DNA from: Malacoraja senta
Lineage: Eukaryota
NCBI GenBank assembly: GCA_038087875.1
Contig: CM075991.1
Coordinates: forward strand, 2,046,001-2,110,000
Direction of reading: 5' to 3'
Length of the DNA stretch: 64,000 nucleotides
Shown: piece after piece, positions 50,495 through 63,200 of the stretch
How the letters are laid out: each line of letters begins with the position of its first letter
How positions within the stretch are numbered: the first letter of the stretch is position 1
Position numbers and translations under genes: made by a program
The notes under the pieces: generated by a model
The model's input: the letters and a program-made list of their open reading frames with translations, nothing else
Databases searched by the model: none
What the model was told of the DNA's origin: nothing

Positions 50495-52513
50495 TTGAAC
50501 ATTAGGAGTCTTCTTCCAAAGATAGATTTAATTAGAGTTTGGATTGCACAGAATAAACCTGACATAATAACATTTTCAGAAACATGGTTACATAGTGAAA
50601 TTTGTGACAATGATATTCATATTGATAATTTTGTATTATATAGAGCAGATAGGCCTACGAGAACTGGAGGTGTGGCTTGTTATGTGTCAACTTGCTTTAT
50701 ATCTGAACCTGCCATCCCTAAAGCAACCTCATTCCTCTTTGAAAGCCTTTTTATTAGGTTAAAACATCATGAGAATAAACATCTAATTATCGGCACTATC
50801 TATCGACCCACCCCTGTTCATCCTGACTCAACTAAGTCCCTAATTCCCACTCTCACCTCTATTGAACACCCATGTGAATTAGTGCTTCTTGGTGACTTCA
50901 ATAAAAACTGGCTCGATTGCTCCTCTTCTAACGACAAACACTTGCTTAAAAGTATAAACCTGACCCAGTTAATCAACGAACCTACCAGAGTTCATGGCAA
51001 TTCTACATCACTATTAGATTGGATTCTTGTTACCCATGCTGACCGAATCTTAACATCTGGTGTTTTGTCAGATTGCTTTAGCGATCATTCTGCTATTTTC
51101 TGTGTGTGGAAGATTAAACCTTCCCGTCTCCCTCCTAAACATATTCGTGTTAGACAATGTAGAAAATGTAATTATGATAATTACATGCATGACCTGATTG
51201 CAATAAACTGGGACAGGTTTCAACTTATACCAACTGTCGAGGATGCCTGGAATTATTTATACACTGAAGTCACAAGAGTTATCGATAAGCATGCCCCCTG
51301 GAGAGAAATAAAAGTCAAGGGAAAACATTTACCATGGATTAGTGCTGATTTGATCAACCTTTTTAATGAGCGGGATAAAGTCTGGAAGACTTTCAGGGAA
51401 ACAAAGGACCCTGCTGATTGGGAAAAATATAGGTCCTTACGGAATCAGTGTACGACAAAACACGTAATGCTAAATCAAGTCATTTTAACAAACATCTTTC
51501 TGAAGACATGCATAATCCAAAAAAGTTTTGGAAAAGACTAAACAATGTTCTTAATAAATCAAATCAAAATATCAGCACTCAGATTCGGGTCAACAATGAC
51601 ATCATTCAGGACCCTGCTGTTATATCCAATGCTTTCAACCAGCACTTCTCCACTGTATGTAGCTCTACTGTATTTGATTCATCTATTATATGTGACTTTC
51701 CAGCTACCTCTACAAGTAGAAGCTCTTTTTCTTTAAAAAAAATTAAACCTGTTGACGTTCAACATGTTATTAATGAATTAAAGGATGATTGTGGATCTGG
51801 ACCAGCTGGTATTGAGACTAAATTCATTAAGTTAGGAGCTAATATTTTAATGTACCCACTATGCGACCTGTTTAATTTGTCCTTCTCAACTTGTACCCTC
51901 CCTTCCGCATGGAAGTGTGCCAATGTTACCCCACTGCATAAGTGAGGCGACCCACAAGATATTAACAATTACCGCCCCATCTCATTTATCAACTCGGTGG
52001 CTAAAATCCTCGAGAAACTAGTGTTCAACCAGCTATCACATTATGTCTCAACTTTCAATATTCTATCTCCATGCCGGTCTGGGTTCAGACCTAAACACTC
52101 CACAACTACAGCTCTGTTAAAACTTACCAGCGATGTGTTCACTGCTTCCGAGGATGGTAAACTCACCGGTGCCATCTTTCTTGATCTAACCAAGGCCTTT
52201 AATGTTGTTGACCACTACCGCTCGAAGATGCTACCACTGGTTCCAGTTCATCTTTAAATGTATCCACCTCAATTACCCTTCTTATTTAAAACAAGACCTA
52301 TTACCATACACACCCTCATATTCTCTAAGACATATTCAGCAACCCTTCTTTTTCATTCCAAGAACTAACAAAGAAATTGGGAGACGTGCATTTAAATACA
52401 AAGCTCCTTCTGACTGGAACACTCTGCCTAGTACCATAAGAACTATTAGCTCATTTCGTCTATTTAAAAATACACTTTTACCTTTCCTTATAAAACCATG
52501 TACCTGTTTCTAG
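50495..52513 (+). pseudogene. LINE ORF2 (APE-RT), frameshifted, with RT core deleted at ~52220
   Basis: KAFNVVDHY is joined directly to C-terminal RRCYHWFQFIFK...RAFKYKAPSDWNTLP; no QG.LGP or YADD motifs. Confidence 0.85.
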
Positions 52514-55500
52514 TATTAGAGTCTTCGAGCTCCTTTATCTAGCTTGCTCTGAGTGTGATCATTTGGCATAACTATTGTATATGCATGGCCATTACACTTA
52601 TGTATTATTGTATTGCATAGTGTAACAAGCTCTTATATTGTATTATGTCACAATATCATGAAATAATATATTATGTAATAATGTTGATAGTATGTATTAA
52701 CGTACGATGTATGATAGGTGGTATATGGTATTATGCACTAACATTATGCTGTAACACATAACTTTTGTTATTATTAGATTTGTAAAGTTAATTAACAATT
52801 GTTATAAACTATAACAAGTGGGGATGGAGGGGTTTTGGGATTGGTGTGTGGGTAGGTGGGTCAATGAGAGCCTCTATGTATGTTATGTCTTGTGCTGTAT
52901 GTTCTATATTGGACCCCTCGAAAACGAGATGACTGTCCATCTCAAGGGGTTATCCATGAATAAACTTGTTTCAAACATCCAGGTTCAGGAACAGCTTCTT
53001 CCCAACAGCCATCAGGCTATTAAACACTACATCCTCAAATAGGCTCTGAACTACATAGACTATGATTGTTATTATTCCATTATTATTGTGTTTTTTTTAT
53101 GTGTAGGTATGTATGCATGTACCTATATACATAAGTATGTGTGTGTATATAGATGTGTGCATTTGTATGTGTATATATACACACACTGAACTTGTTTATT
53201 ATATAGTTTACAGTGTACTATGTTTACATATTGTGTTGTGCTGCTGCAAGTAAGAATGTCATTGTTCTATCTGGGACAATAAAACACTCTTGAATCTTGA
53301 TGTTATTTTCTTGCACAGCATTCAGGCAGAAGTTACAAAAGCTTGGCCCACGTACCGCCAGATTCTTCCCTGCTGTTATCAGATTACTGAACATAATTTA
53401 GATCTGCCGACCTACCTCATTGTGGCCCGTGCATTTTTTTAAAAATCTGCACTTGCACTGTAACTGACGGTGAAATGCACGTTTTGGGATGGCAGCGAGA
53501 ACCCGGAGTCTACCCATTGGGAGGGCACGGAGGTGCACAGCGCAGTTCACCATCCAGCTCTGCGGCCACGATGGCGCAGCGGTAGAGTTGCTGTCTTACA
53601 GCGTTTGCTGCGCTGGAGACCTGCGTTCGATCCCGACTACGGGTGCTGCTTGTACGTAGTTCGTATGTTTTCCCCGTTACCGGGTGTTTTTTTTCCGAGA
53701 TCTTCGGTTTCCTCCCACACTCCAAGGACGTACAGGTTTGTAGGTTAATTGGCTTGGTGTATGTGTAAATTGTGTAATGTGTGCAGGACTCGGTGGGCCA
53801 AACGGCCTGTTTCCGCGCGGTATCTCTTAACTAAAAATAAACTAAACGAAACCTCCTCCGGTACCTGTGGCACTGTTTACAGGCTCGTAAAAGTCTCCAC
53901 AACCATAGTATCTGGTGTGGCCACGTTGGTCACTGCGTGCCCATGTGCAACACTTTGAAACCGACTGCACCCCGGTGCAGTGCAGTGGATAAAGCCGCTG
54001 CCTCACGGCGCTAGAGACACGGGTTCAATCCCGACCTCGGGCGCCGTCTGTGTGTGGAGTTTGCACGTTCTCTTCGTGACCACGTGGGTTTCCTCCGGGT
54101 GCTCCGGTTTCCTCGCACATCCCAAAGAGGTGCAGGTTTGTAGGTTAATTGACTGTCTGTAAAACTGCTGTTACCCCTCGTGTGTAGGAGGTTGATGAGA
54201 AAGAGGGATAACGTAGAACTAGTGTGAATGGGTGATCGCTGGTCGACACGGATTCGGTGGGCCGAAGGGCCTGTTTCCATGCTGTATCTCTAAACTCATG
54301 TAACTAGTGTGAACGGATGATCAGTGAACAGCATGGACTCAGTAGACCGAAGGGCCTGTTTCCATGCAGTATCTGTAAACTAAACTAACTAGAGTGAACG
54401 GGTGATCGATGGTCGGCATGGACTCAGTGGGCTGAAGGGCCTGTCTTTTCAATCAATCCAATGACAGTGCTATGCAGACTGCGAGGTGCTTTGGGGCAGG
54501 GAGGGTGGCTTTATTCTGCGGCTTTATTCTGGCCGTGCTTCCCCCCCGAGCTGGAGGCCGCCCTGGAGGAGAAGGGACGCAAGGAGAAGGAGGAGGGCCG
54601 CACTGGAGGAGAAGGGATACAAGGCCCTTCGGCCCATCGGGTCCATGCCGACCATGAGTCACCCGATCTCACTAGTTCTAGGTTTAGTTTAGAGATACAG
54701 CACAGAAACAGGGCCTTCGGCCCACTGAGTCCACACCGACCATCGACTACCCGTTTACACTAGTTCAATATGTTATCCCAGTTTCTCTTCCACTCCCTAC
54801 ACACTAGGGGCAATTAACCTACAAACCTGCATGTCGTTTGCATGCGGGACAAAATTGGAGCACCCGGAGGAAACCCACGTGGTCACAGGGAGAGCCTGCA
54901 AACTCCACACAGACAGCACCCGAGGTCAGGATCAAACCCGGGACCCTGGCGCTGGGAGACAACGGCTCGACCAGTTGCTCCACCTTGCCTCCACCGTGCA
55001 GTCGGTGTGGACCCGTGGTGACCACCAACCATAGAAGATACTATGGTGACAGAGACTTGTACTGAACCCACACTGCAGAGCAGAGAAACAGGCCATTCGC
55101 CCCATTAACCAAAGGGGTGCCCACCGCCTCTCTCCCCCAGATGACAGTAACAAGATGGGGCCACCTCAAAAGGTTAACAGATAATAACCTTCCTCCATCC
55201 CACCAAAACCAAAGTCCCAACCTGAACCGTCAAATTCAAACTAAAACTACACCAACCATGTGTATAAAGGAACTGCAGGTGCTGGTTCACACCGAATAAA
55301 GACACAAAATGATGGAGGAACTCAGCGGGTCAGGCAGCATCTCTTGAGAAAAGTAATAGGTTACATATCAGATCGAGACCCTTCTTCAGACCGTATCCCT
55401 GTAATCCAGGGATGCAGCCTGACCCGCTGAGTTAATCCAGCACTTTGTGTCTTCTTCCGTAAACCAGCATCTGCAGTTCCTTGTGGCTACAAAGTATGAA

Positions 55501-58261
55501 GTGTTGTACAGGACCTTGAGCCAAGAGGAACTGTGTGTAACAAGTAGACTTGGAACCACTGCAAAGCGGCTGAAATCTTGTTGCCAGAACCACACACTCC
55601 CTCGACCAAGAGGTGGACAGCAGAAAGAGATAACAGAGGCAAAATGCTGCAGGATCTGGAGAAGATGAACACTGGAAATACTCCGCAGGTAACACAGAAA
55701 ACAGAAGATAGACACAAAAAGCTGGAGTAACTCAGCGGGTCAGACAGCATCTCTGGTGCAGACCCTATCCATTTTGTCCAGAGGTGCTGCCTGACCTGCT
55801 GAGTTACTCCAGCTTTTTTAAGAAGGAACTGCAGATGCTGGAAAATCGAAGGTAGACAAAAATGCTGGAGAAACTCAGCGGGTGAGGCAGCATCTATGCA
55901 ACGAAGAACTTCTTCCAGTCTGATGAGTGGTCTCGACCTGAAACGTTACCCATTTCCTTCGCTCCATAGATGCTGCCTCACCGGCTGAGTTTCTCCAGCA
56001 TATTTATGTGCAATACATGATTACAATCGAGCCATCCGCAGTGTACCAATACATGATAAAGGGAATAACGTGAATAATATTTAGTTTAGAGTTTAGAGTT
56101 ACAGCACGGAAACAGGCCCTTCGGCCCACCGGGTCTGCACCGACCAGCGATCCCCACACAGTAACACTATCCTACACACCCACTAGGGACAATTTTTACA
56201 TTTACCAAGCCAATTCACCTACAAATCTGTACGTCTTTGGAGTGTGGTAAGAAACCGAAGATCTCGGCATAAACCCACGCAGGTCACGGGGAGAACGTAC
56301 AAACTCTGCAAGGGCAATAGTCAGGATCGAACCCGGGTCTCCGGCGCTGCATTCGCTGTAAGGCAGTAACTCTGCCGCTGCGCCACCGTGATTGCTTAGT
56401 GCAAGATAAAGCCAGTAAAGTCCGGTCAAGCATAGTCCGAGGGACTCCAATGAGGTGGATGGAAGTTCATGACCGCTCTCTGATTGTAGTAGGACGGTTC
56501 AGTTGCCTGATAACAGCTGGGAAGAAACTGGTCCCTGAATCTGGAGGTATGCGTTAATGAAGGTTCCTGGAGATTGTGATCTTCACTCAGTGTAAGCGGC
56601 ACAGCCATGGCCTAAACTCACGGGGCGGCAGTGGAACAAGGTCACATTCCCAGCAGAGAGAATTGGCCAGCACATTTTCACATAGCAGCAAGTTGACGTG
56701 AAAGGTCAGAGTCTCACGAATGAAACACTGCATCAGCAGATGCCAGGAATTATCCAGCTTCCTTCACAGAGAGGATGGTGCCGGCAAGTTGATTAGTTTT
56801 AGTTTAGTTTGGTTTAGTTTCAGTTTATTTAGTTTGGTTTAGTGGGTCTTGACCCGAAACGTCATCCATTCCTTCTGTCCAGAGATGCTGCCTGTCACGC
56901 TGTGTTACTCCAGCATTCTGCCACTGTCTTTGGTGTAAACTAGCATCTGCAGTTCCTTCCTACACGTTTAGTTTAGTTTAGTTTAGTTTGGAGTTACATC
57001 ATGGAAACAGGCCCTTCGGCCCACCAAGTCCATGCCGACCATCGATCACCCGTTCACATTAGTTCTGTGTTATCCCACATTCTCATCCACTCCCTACACA
57101 CTCGGGGCAATTTACAGACGTCCAATTGACTTACAAACCCGCAAGTCTTTGGGGTGTGGGAGGAAGCCGGAGCACCCGGAGGAAACCCACACAGTCGCAG
57201 GGGAAACATGCAAACTCCACACAGGCAGCACCCGGGGTCAGGGTTTCTGGCGCTGTGAGGCAGCAACTCCACCGCTGCCAGCCTGCCACCCCTGTGGAGA
57301 TCAATGATGGTGATGGGCACAGAAGAGGAGTTGAGGCCAGCATAGAACCCTCGTGATCAGAGTGAAGGATGGGGCAGGCTTGAAGGGCCGAGTGGCCTAC
57401 TCCTCTTCCTGTTTGCTGTGTGTGGGAAGGAATTGCAGATGCTGGTTTAAACCAATGATCGACACAGGCCCATGTAGACCGCACGGTGGCGCAGCGGTAG
57501 AGTTGCTGTCTCACAGCGTCAGAGACCCGGGTTTGATCTCGACTATGGGTGCTGTCTGTATGGAGTTTGCACGTTCTCCCCGTGACCAGTGTGGGTTTTC
57601 TCCGAGATCTTCGGTTTCCTCCCACACTCCAAAGACGTGCAGGTTTGTAGGTTAATTGGTTTGGTGTAAGTGTAAATTGTCCGTAGTGTGTGTAGGATAG
57701 AACCGGTGATCGATGGTCACCATGGACTCGGTGGGACGAAGGGCCTGTTTCCGTGCTGTATTTCTAAACTAAAGTAAACTAGGTAACCTGCTTTGAAGAG
57801 GGAGACAGAGAGAGTGGCAGGTTCCATCTCTGGTTCCCGCACACCCTCGCTCCAGGCTGACACATAGTCCTTATCCAAGTACTGTAACCCCTCAGACTGA
57901 ATAAAGGTCTCGACCCAAAATGTCACCTATTCCTTTTCTCCACAGGCGCTGTCTGACCCACTCGGTTACTCCAGCATTTTGTCTCTCTCTTACCCCTTCA
58001 GATTGCTGGTCCAGACCCCAGCCAACCCCAAGTTAAGCATTTCCCTCAACTCCCCTCCAAGCTTCGAGGGAATAACCAGAAGGATTAGCTGGGGAGATTA
58101 AAACAAAATCTTTGCAGCATCAGCGAATGCTGTAATTAGTACGGGTGTCAAGGGTTACGGGGAGAAGGCAGGAGAATGGGGTTAGGAGGGAGATATATCA
58201 GCCATGATTGAATGGCGGAGTAGACTTGATGGGACGAATGGGCTAATTCTGCTCCTACCAC

Positions 58262-59740
58262 TCATCCATAGTAGAAGAGGGGATCCCCTGTTCCCTAAAG
58301 AATGAGGACATCTCCGATGCTCTGGTTTGGAACACCTCATCCTTGGTGCACATGCGGCATAGACGGTGGAATTAGAAGTAGGGGATGGAGTCCCTAGAGG
58401 AAGCAGGGTGGGAAGAAGTGTAGCCCAGATAGCCATGGGAGTCAGTGGGTTTATAGTAGATGTCGGTCAATATTCTGTCACCTGCAATGGAGATAGTGAG
58501 GTCTAGAAACTGTAGGGAGATTTCAGAAATGGCCCAGGTGTATTTGAGTGCTGGATGGAAGTTAGTGGTGAATTGGATGAAGTCAGTATGTTCTGAATAG
58601 GTGCAGGAGGTAGCACCAATGCAGTCATCGATGTAGCAGAGGTAGAGTTCAGGGATCAAGCCATGGTTCGCCTTGAACTAGGATTGTTCGACGTACCCTA
58701 CAAAGAGGCAGGCATAGCTTGGACCCATCCGCGTGCCCATAGCTACGCCTTGGATTTGGAGGAAATGGGAGGAGTCAAACGAAAAGTTGCTGAGGATAAG
58801 GCTAGGTCCGCTAGGTGGAGGAGAGTATCAGTTGACGGGGATTGGTTGGTTCTGCGGTCGACGAAGAAATGGAGGGCTTTAAGACCCTTCTGGTGGGGGA
58901 TGAAGGTGTAGAGTGACTGGACATCCTTGGTGAAGATGAGGGAATGGGGGCCTGGAAAACGGAAGTCATGGAAGAGACGAAGAACGTGTGAGGTGTCTTG
59001 AACATGCGTAGGGAGGGATTTACAAGGGAGATAGGATGGAGTCGAGGTATGTGGAAATATGTTCGGTGGGGCACGAACAGGCCGAAACAATGGGTCTTCC
59101 ACGACAGTCAGGTTTGTGGATTTTGGGGAGAAGGTAAAATCAGGCCGTGCGGGGCTGGGGAATGATGGAGGCTTGGGAGGTCAGGAAGCTGGAAGTAATG
59201 AAGTTAGTGATAGTGTTAGAGATATTGGCCTGGTGCTCGTCTGTGGGGTCATGGTCCAAGGATAAGTAGGAGGAGGTGTCTGAGAGTTGGCAAGTGGCCT
59301 CACCCTTGTAGGGATCAGCACCTCAGACTACCACGGCACCTCCCTTGTCGGCAGTTTTGATCACCCAGTCTGGGTTGTTGCAGAGTGATTGGAGGGCTGT
59401 ACGTCAGGGGGTGGAGAGGTTAGAGTGGGAAAGGGGAGTGGAGAAGTTGAGGCGGTTGATGCCCTGCAGGCAGTTTAAAATAAAAAACGTCTAAAGCAGG
59501 TAGATGGCCATGAGGGGGAGTCCAAGAGGAGGGGTCCATTGGAGACGGGAGAAGGGGTCATCACTGTGGGGCGAGGACTCCTTCCCATGGAAAAACGCTT
59601 TGATGTTGAGGCGACGGAAGAAGAGCTCCACATCGTGGCGGACGCGGAATCGTTGAGGTGGGGACGGAGGGGAACAAAGGTGTGGTCTCTGCTGAGAACA
59701 GACCATTCGGTATCCGAGAGGGGGGGGATCAGGGGGGATG
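58262..59740 (-). mobile_element. Penelope-like retroelement fragment (RT), decayed; small related fragment ~19886-20045 (+)
   Basis: YIDDCIG, FLDLTISI and IYYKPTDSHGYLGYTSSHP...SIPY motifs; N-terminal LSDTEWSVLSR and HDVELFFRRL. Confidence 0.88.
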
Positions 59741-60208
59741 GTGAACACAATGACAAGGATGGGGGTTGGGGCCGGAGGAAGGGAGGTGAGTGGACTGAGG
59801 CCGAGGCGATGTCTGGTAGGGGGGTGGTGGTGGTCAGGGTGGAGGGGGTATGACTATAGTGTGGGTGGGGAAGAGCTGTGGTCACATGGTTTGAGGGGGA
59901 AGGGGAGACCAAGTGGAACAACCACTGAGGTTGTTAGTCACTGTGTTATAGTCACTGACACAAGTCTGCAGAAGGGCCTCGACCCGAAAGGTCGCCCATT
60001 CCTTCTATCCATAGATGCTGCCTGTCCTGCTGAGCTGCTCCAGCGTTTTGTGTCGATCTCAGAGTTTTGTTGTTTTGCCTCCTTAAGACTCACCTGTTAA
60101 CGATGGCGACACCTCATTATTAAGGTCTTATATTCTGAGGGCAGATCGCAATAGAACAAATTGCCAGAATCGCGATAAGTGAGAACATTATTAAAAATTG
60201 ACCCATCT

Positions 60209-63200
60209 GGACTTCCGGTGGCGCCATGTTAGATTAACAGACGTGCACCTAGTTCCGCTCTCGAAAATTTTCGCGATTTTTCATGTAGAAACGGGTCCAT
60301 AAGTCGGAATTGGATTAAAAACCTTACCGGAGCTTCTGGTCGCCGGGCTGATGGCGTCATCAGTAAGCGCGATGTTTTAAACGGTGGCTTAAAGACTTTT
60401 AAATGAGAAAACTGTCTCCAGCCAAGAGCCCTCGTAGAACAGTTAAAAAGCTGCTGAAAAATCTGAAGAAGCTTGAAGGAGAAGTTACCTCTGAAGTTTC
60501 TGAAGTGGCTGCAGAAATGGATACAAGATCTAAGACAGAGTTGGTTAAGGACAAAGAATTTGAGGATTTGAAGAAATCAGTGAAAGATATGAGAGATGAA
60601 ATTTTGGATGAAAATAAAACTCTGATGGGAAAAATGATGGAAAAAATCGAAAAGATGATGTAGGATTCGAATGCTGGTAATCAGAAGGTGGCTGATTCAC
60701 TGGACACTATAAATATACAAATTGATGATGTGAAAGATGGACTATTGGGGAGAATGGATAAGATGGAAACAATTACTACGGACAGGTTCACGGCTGTGCT
60801 TGAAACAGTAGCTGCAAGTATGGTCACAATTTCGGAATTGGAGAAAAATATGGCTCGAGTGGTTGAGGACATGGTGAAAATGAGACAAGAACATGATCAA
60901 AGGAAGCAAGAATATGAGGAAACTTCAGTACAGATGATGACTCAACTGGGGAAAGTCTCAGACAAATGCCTGGACCTGGAAGCTCGCTCTAGACGCCAGA
61001 ATTTGAGAATTCTTGGAGTCTCAGAGGGAGCCGAGGGAAAGGACGTTCGTGAGTTTGCCATGGAGTTACTTAAACATCTGCTTAATCTCTGCAAAGAACC
61101 GAAAATTGAAGTGGCTCATCGTGTTCCAAGATTTAAACCGAGACCTCAAGCTGGAAAAGCCCACCCACGACATATCATTGTGAAAGTTCGGGACATTTTA
61201 GAACTGGAAGATGTGATGAGCAAAATTAAATACGGAGTGCAATTACGGATGGACAATGACATTATCAAAATATTCAGGGACTATCCTTATGAAATTGTGC
61301 AAAAGAGAAATCAATTCGGAAAGTCAAAAGAGCTTTTAAGAGGGAAACAAGGTGTCAGATACGGTGTTTTTTATCCAGCCAAAATGCGTATTTCTTTTAA
61401 CGGTTCTGAAAGGTCATTTGTAAAACCAGAGGATGTGTACAAATATGCTCAGAGCATCGTTGAGAAATAGAAATTAATAGTATGAATTAATCCTTTTTTT
61501 TTAAACTAGAATTCCACGGTTAATGGAGGTTTGGCAGATTAGAACCATTTCAAGCAGTGTTTTGTTTAGGATGGCTAGACTGTTATCTGTGGAATTTCGA
61601 ATCAAGGACACTCTGTGTTCCAAACGAGTAAACAGCTGAACTGAAGAGAATGGAATATACCAGAAGCATTAATTGTTTAATAGATTATAATATTAAATCC
61701 AATTGTAAGAATTGATCCTATTAACAACCTAACAATTTAATAAGTTATCAATGTTAGATTAGAATAGTAACAGACGCTAATAAAAATAAAAAATAATGAA
61801 CTAACAAAACTAATATGAATTTTTACTAAATCCAAACCTTATCTATAACTGGGAGGAGGGGATGAGAAACGAGCACCTGGCTTAGGTCCAGGGGCGCGTC
61901 TCGTTAACCCCTTCAACCAACAGTTGACTATTATTGAAGCTAAAATCATTTGTTTAATAATTAGTTGCTAAAATTGCGATATATATATGATATGTTATAA
62001 TGAAATATATAGGGTAAATTTGTATTATATATCTGAATGTGAGGCCCCGTTCTAATATGTTATGATTAACCAAGAGAGCGGAGTTATTTGTTTAACACCA
62101 ACAATGGAAGTCAAAACAAGGTTTTCTCCCACCTACAGGTGGGCCACTCGACTATTTTAGACACTGTATTTTCACTTTTTCAAAAACTCACATGTTTGTG
62201 TTTTGTGTTTAGTGATAAGCGTAAAAGGGATATGCCAACAAAACTTAGAAATGCAAAGGTTCCCCCAATACCCAAAGACCTGGGATATGGATGCACCACA
62301 AGATTTAAAGGTACTATAATTATTCAAAATGCAAGATGCTAAACAAAAGAACTCATTCTGTAGTTGGAATATAAGAGGTATTAACGAACTTATTAAAAGG
62401 GGTAAGATACTAGCTCAGCTGAAACTGTACAACTCTGACATTATCTTCTTACAAGAAACTCATCTAAAATCTCATGATCAAGCTAGGTTGAGGGCGAAAT
62501 GGATAGGTCAAACATACCATTCTTCATATACTTTGAAATCTAGAGGTACGTCAATCATTATTAGAAAAGGTATACCATTCAAAGCAAAGAATACCATAAC
62601 AGACATTGAAGGGAGATATTTAATAGTTAATGGAGAAATTCATGATACTCCAATTACTTTGGTAAATATATACGGGCCTAACTTTGACAACCCTCATTTT
62701 TTCAATAAAATTCTGAACATAATCGCAGAGTTTAATTATCAAAATGTTATAATAGGAGGAGACTTTAACTGTGTTTTAGATCCGTATTTAGACAAATCAA
62801 GCCAAAAACAGAGAGGGAATACGAAATCTAAAACCGGTGAACATTTAATACTTAAATAAACAATTGCTAATCCAACTGGCAGGGAATACTCGTTTTATTC
62901 AATGGTACATAAAACATACTCACGTATAGATTATTTCCTGGTGGACACAAAATTAATCCCTCACACTTTGAACCCAACATACCATACAAATTCGATTTCA
63001 GACCATTCACCACTAACTTTCTTTTTAAAACTGGAAGGAATGTCTAAGAATAAACCGTTTGGAGATTTAATTCTCAAATCCTAAAAGATCCGCAAGCGAG
63101 TATATATTTAAAAGAACAAATGGACGCCTTTTTTGAAATAAATGACACTCCAGATATATCGCCTACTGTACTATGGGAATCTTTTAAAGCATACATTAGA

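Larger units (their letters stand above)
48855..52973 (+). mobile_element. Crack/L2-group LINE with L1-type ORF1; 5' end complete, RT internally deleted
   Basis: Starts CCAAGATGGC; ORF1 49079-49888; ORF2 from ~50480 with APE motifs (NIRSL, SETWL, LGDFN, SDH) then RT start (NYRPIS, FLDLTKAF); 3' stem-loop GGACCCCT..GAGATG..CATCTC..AGGGG and AATAAA. Confidence 0.85.

Noticed and set aside
48449..53377. LTR retrotransposon suggested by 405-bp direct repeats
   Set aside because: No TG...CA ends, PBS, protease or integrase; the interior is an APE-type LINE and the repeat is host sequence.
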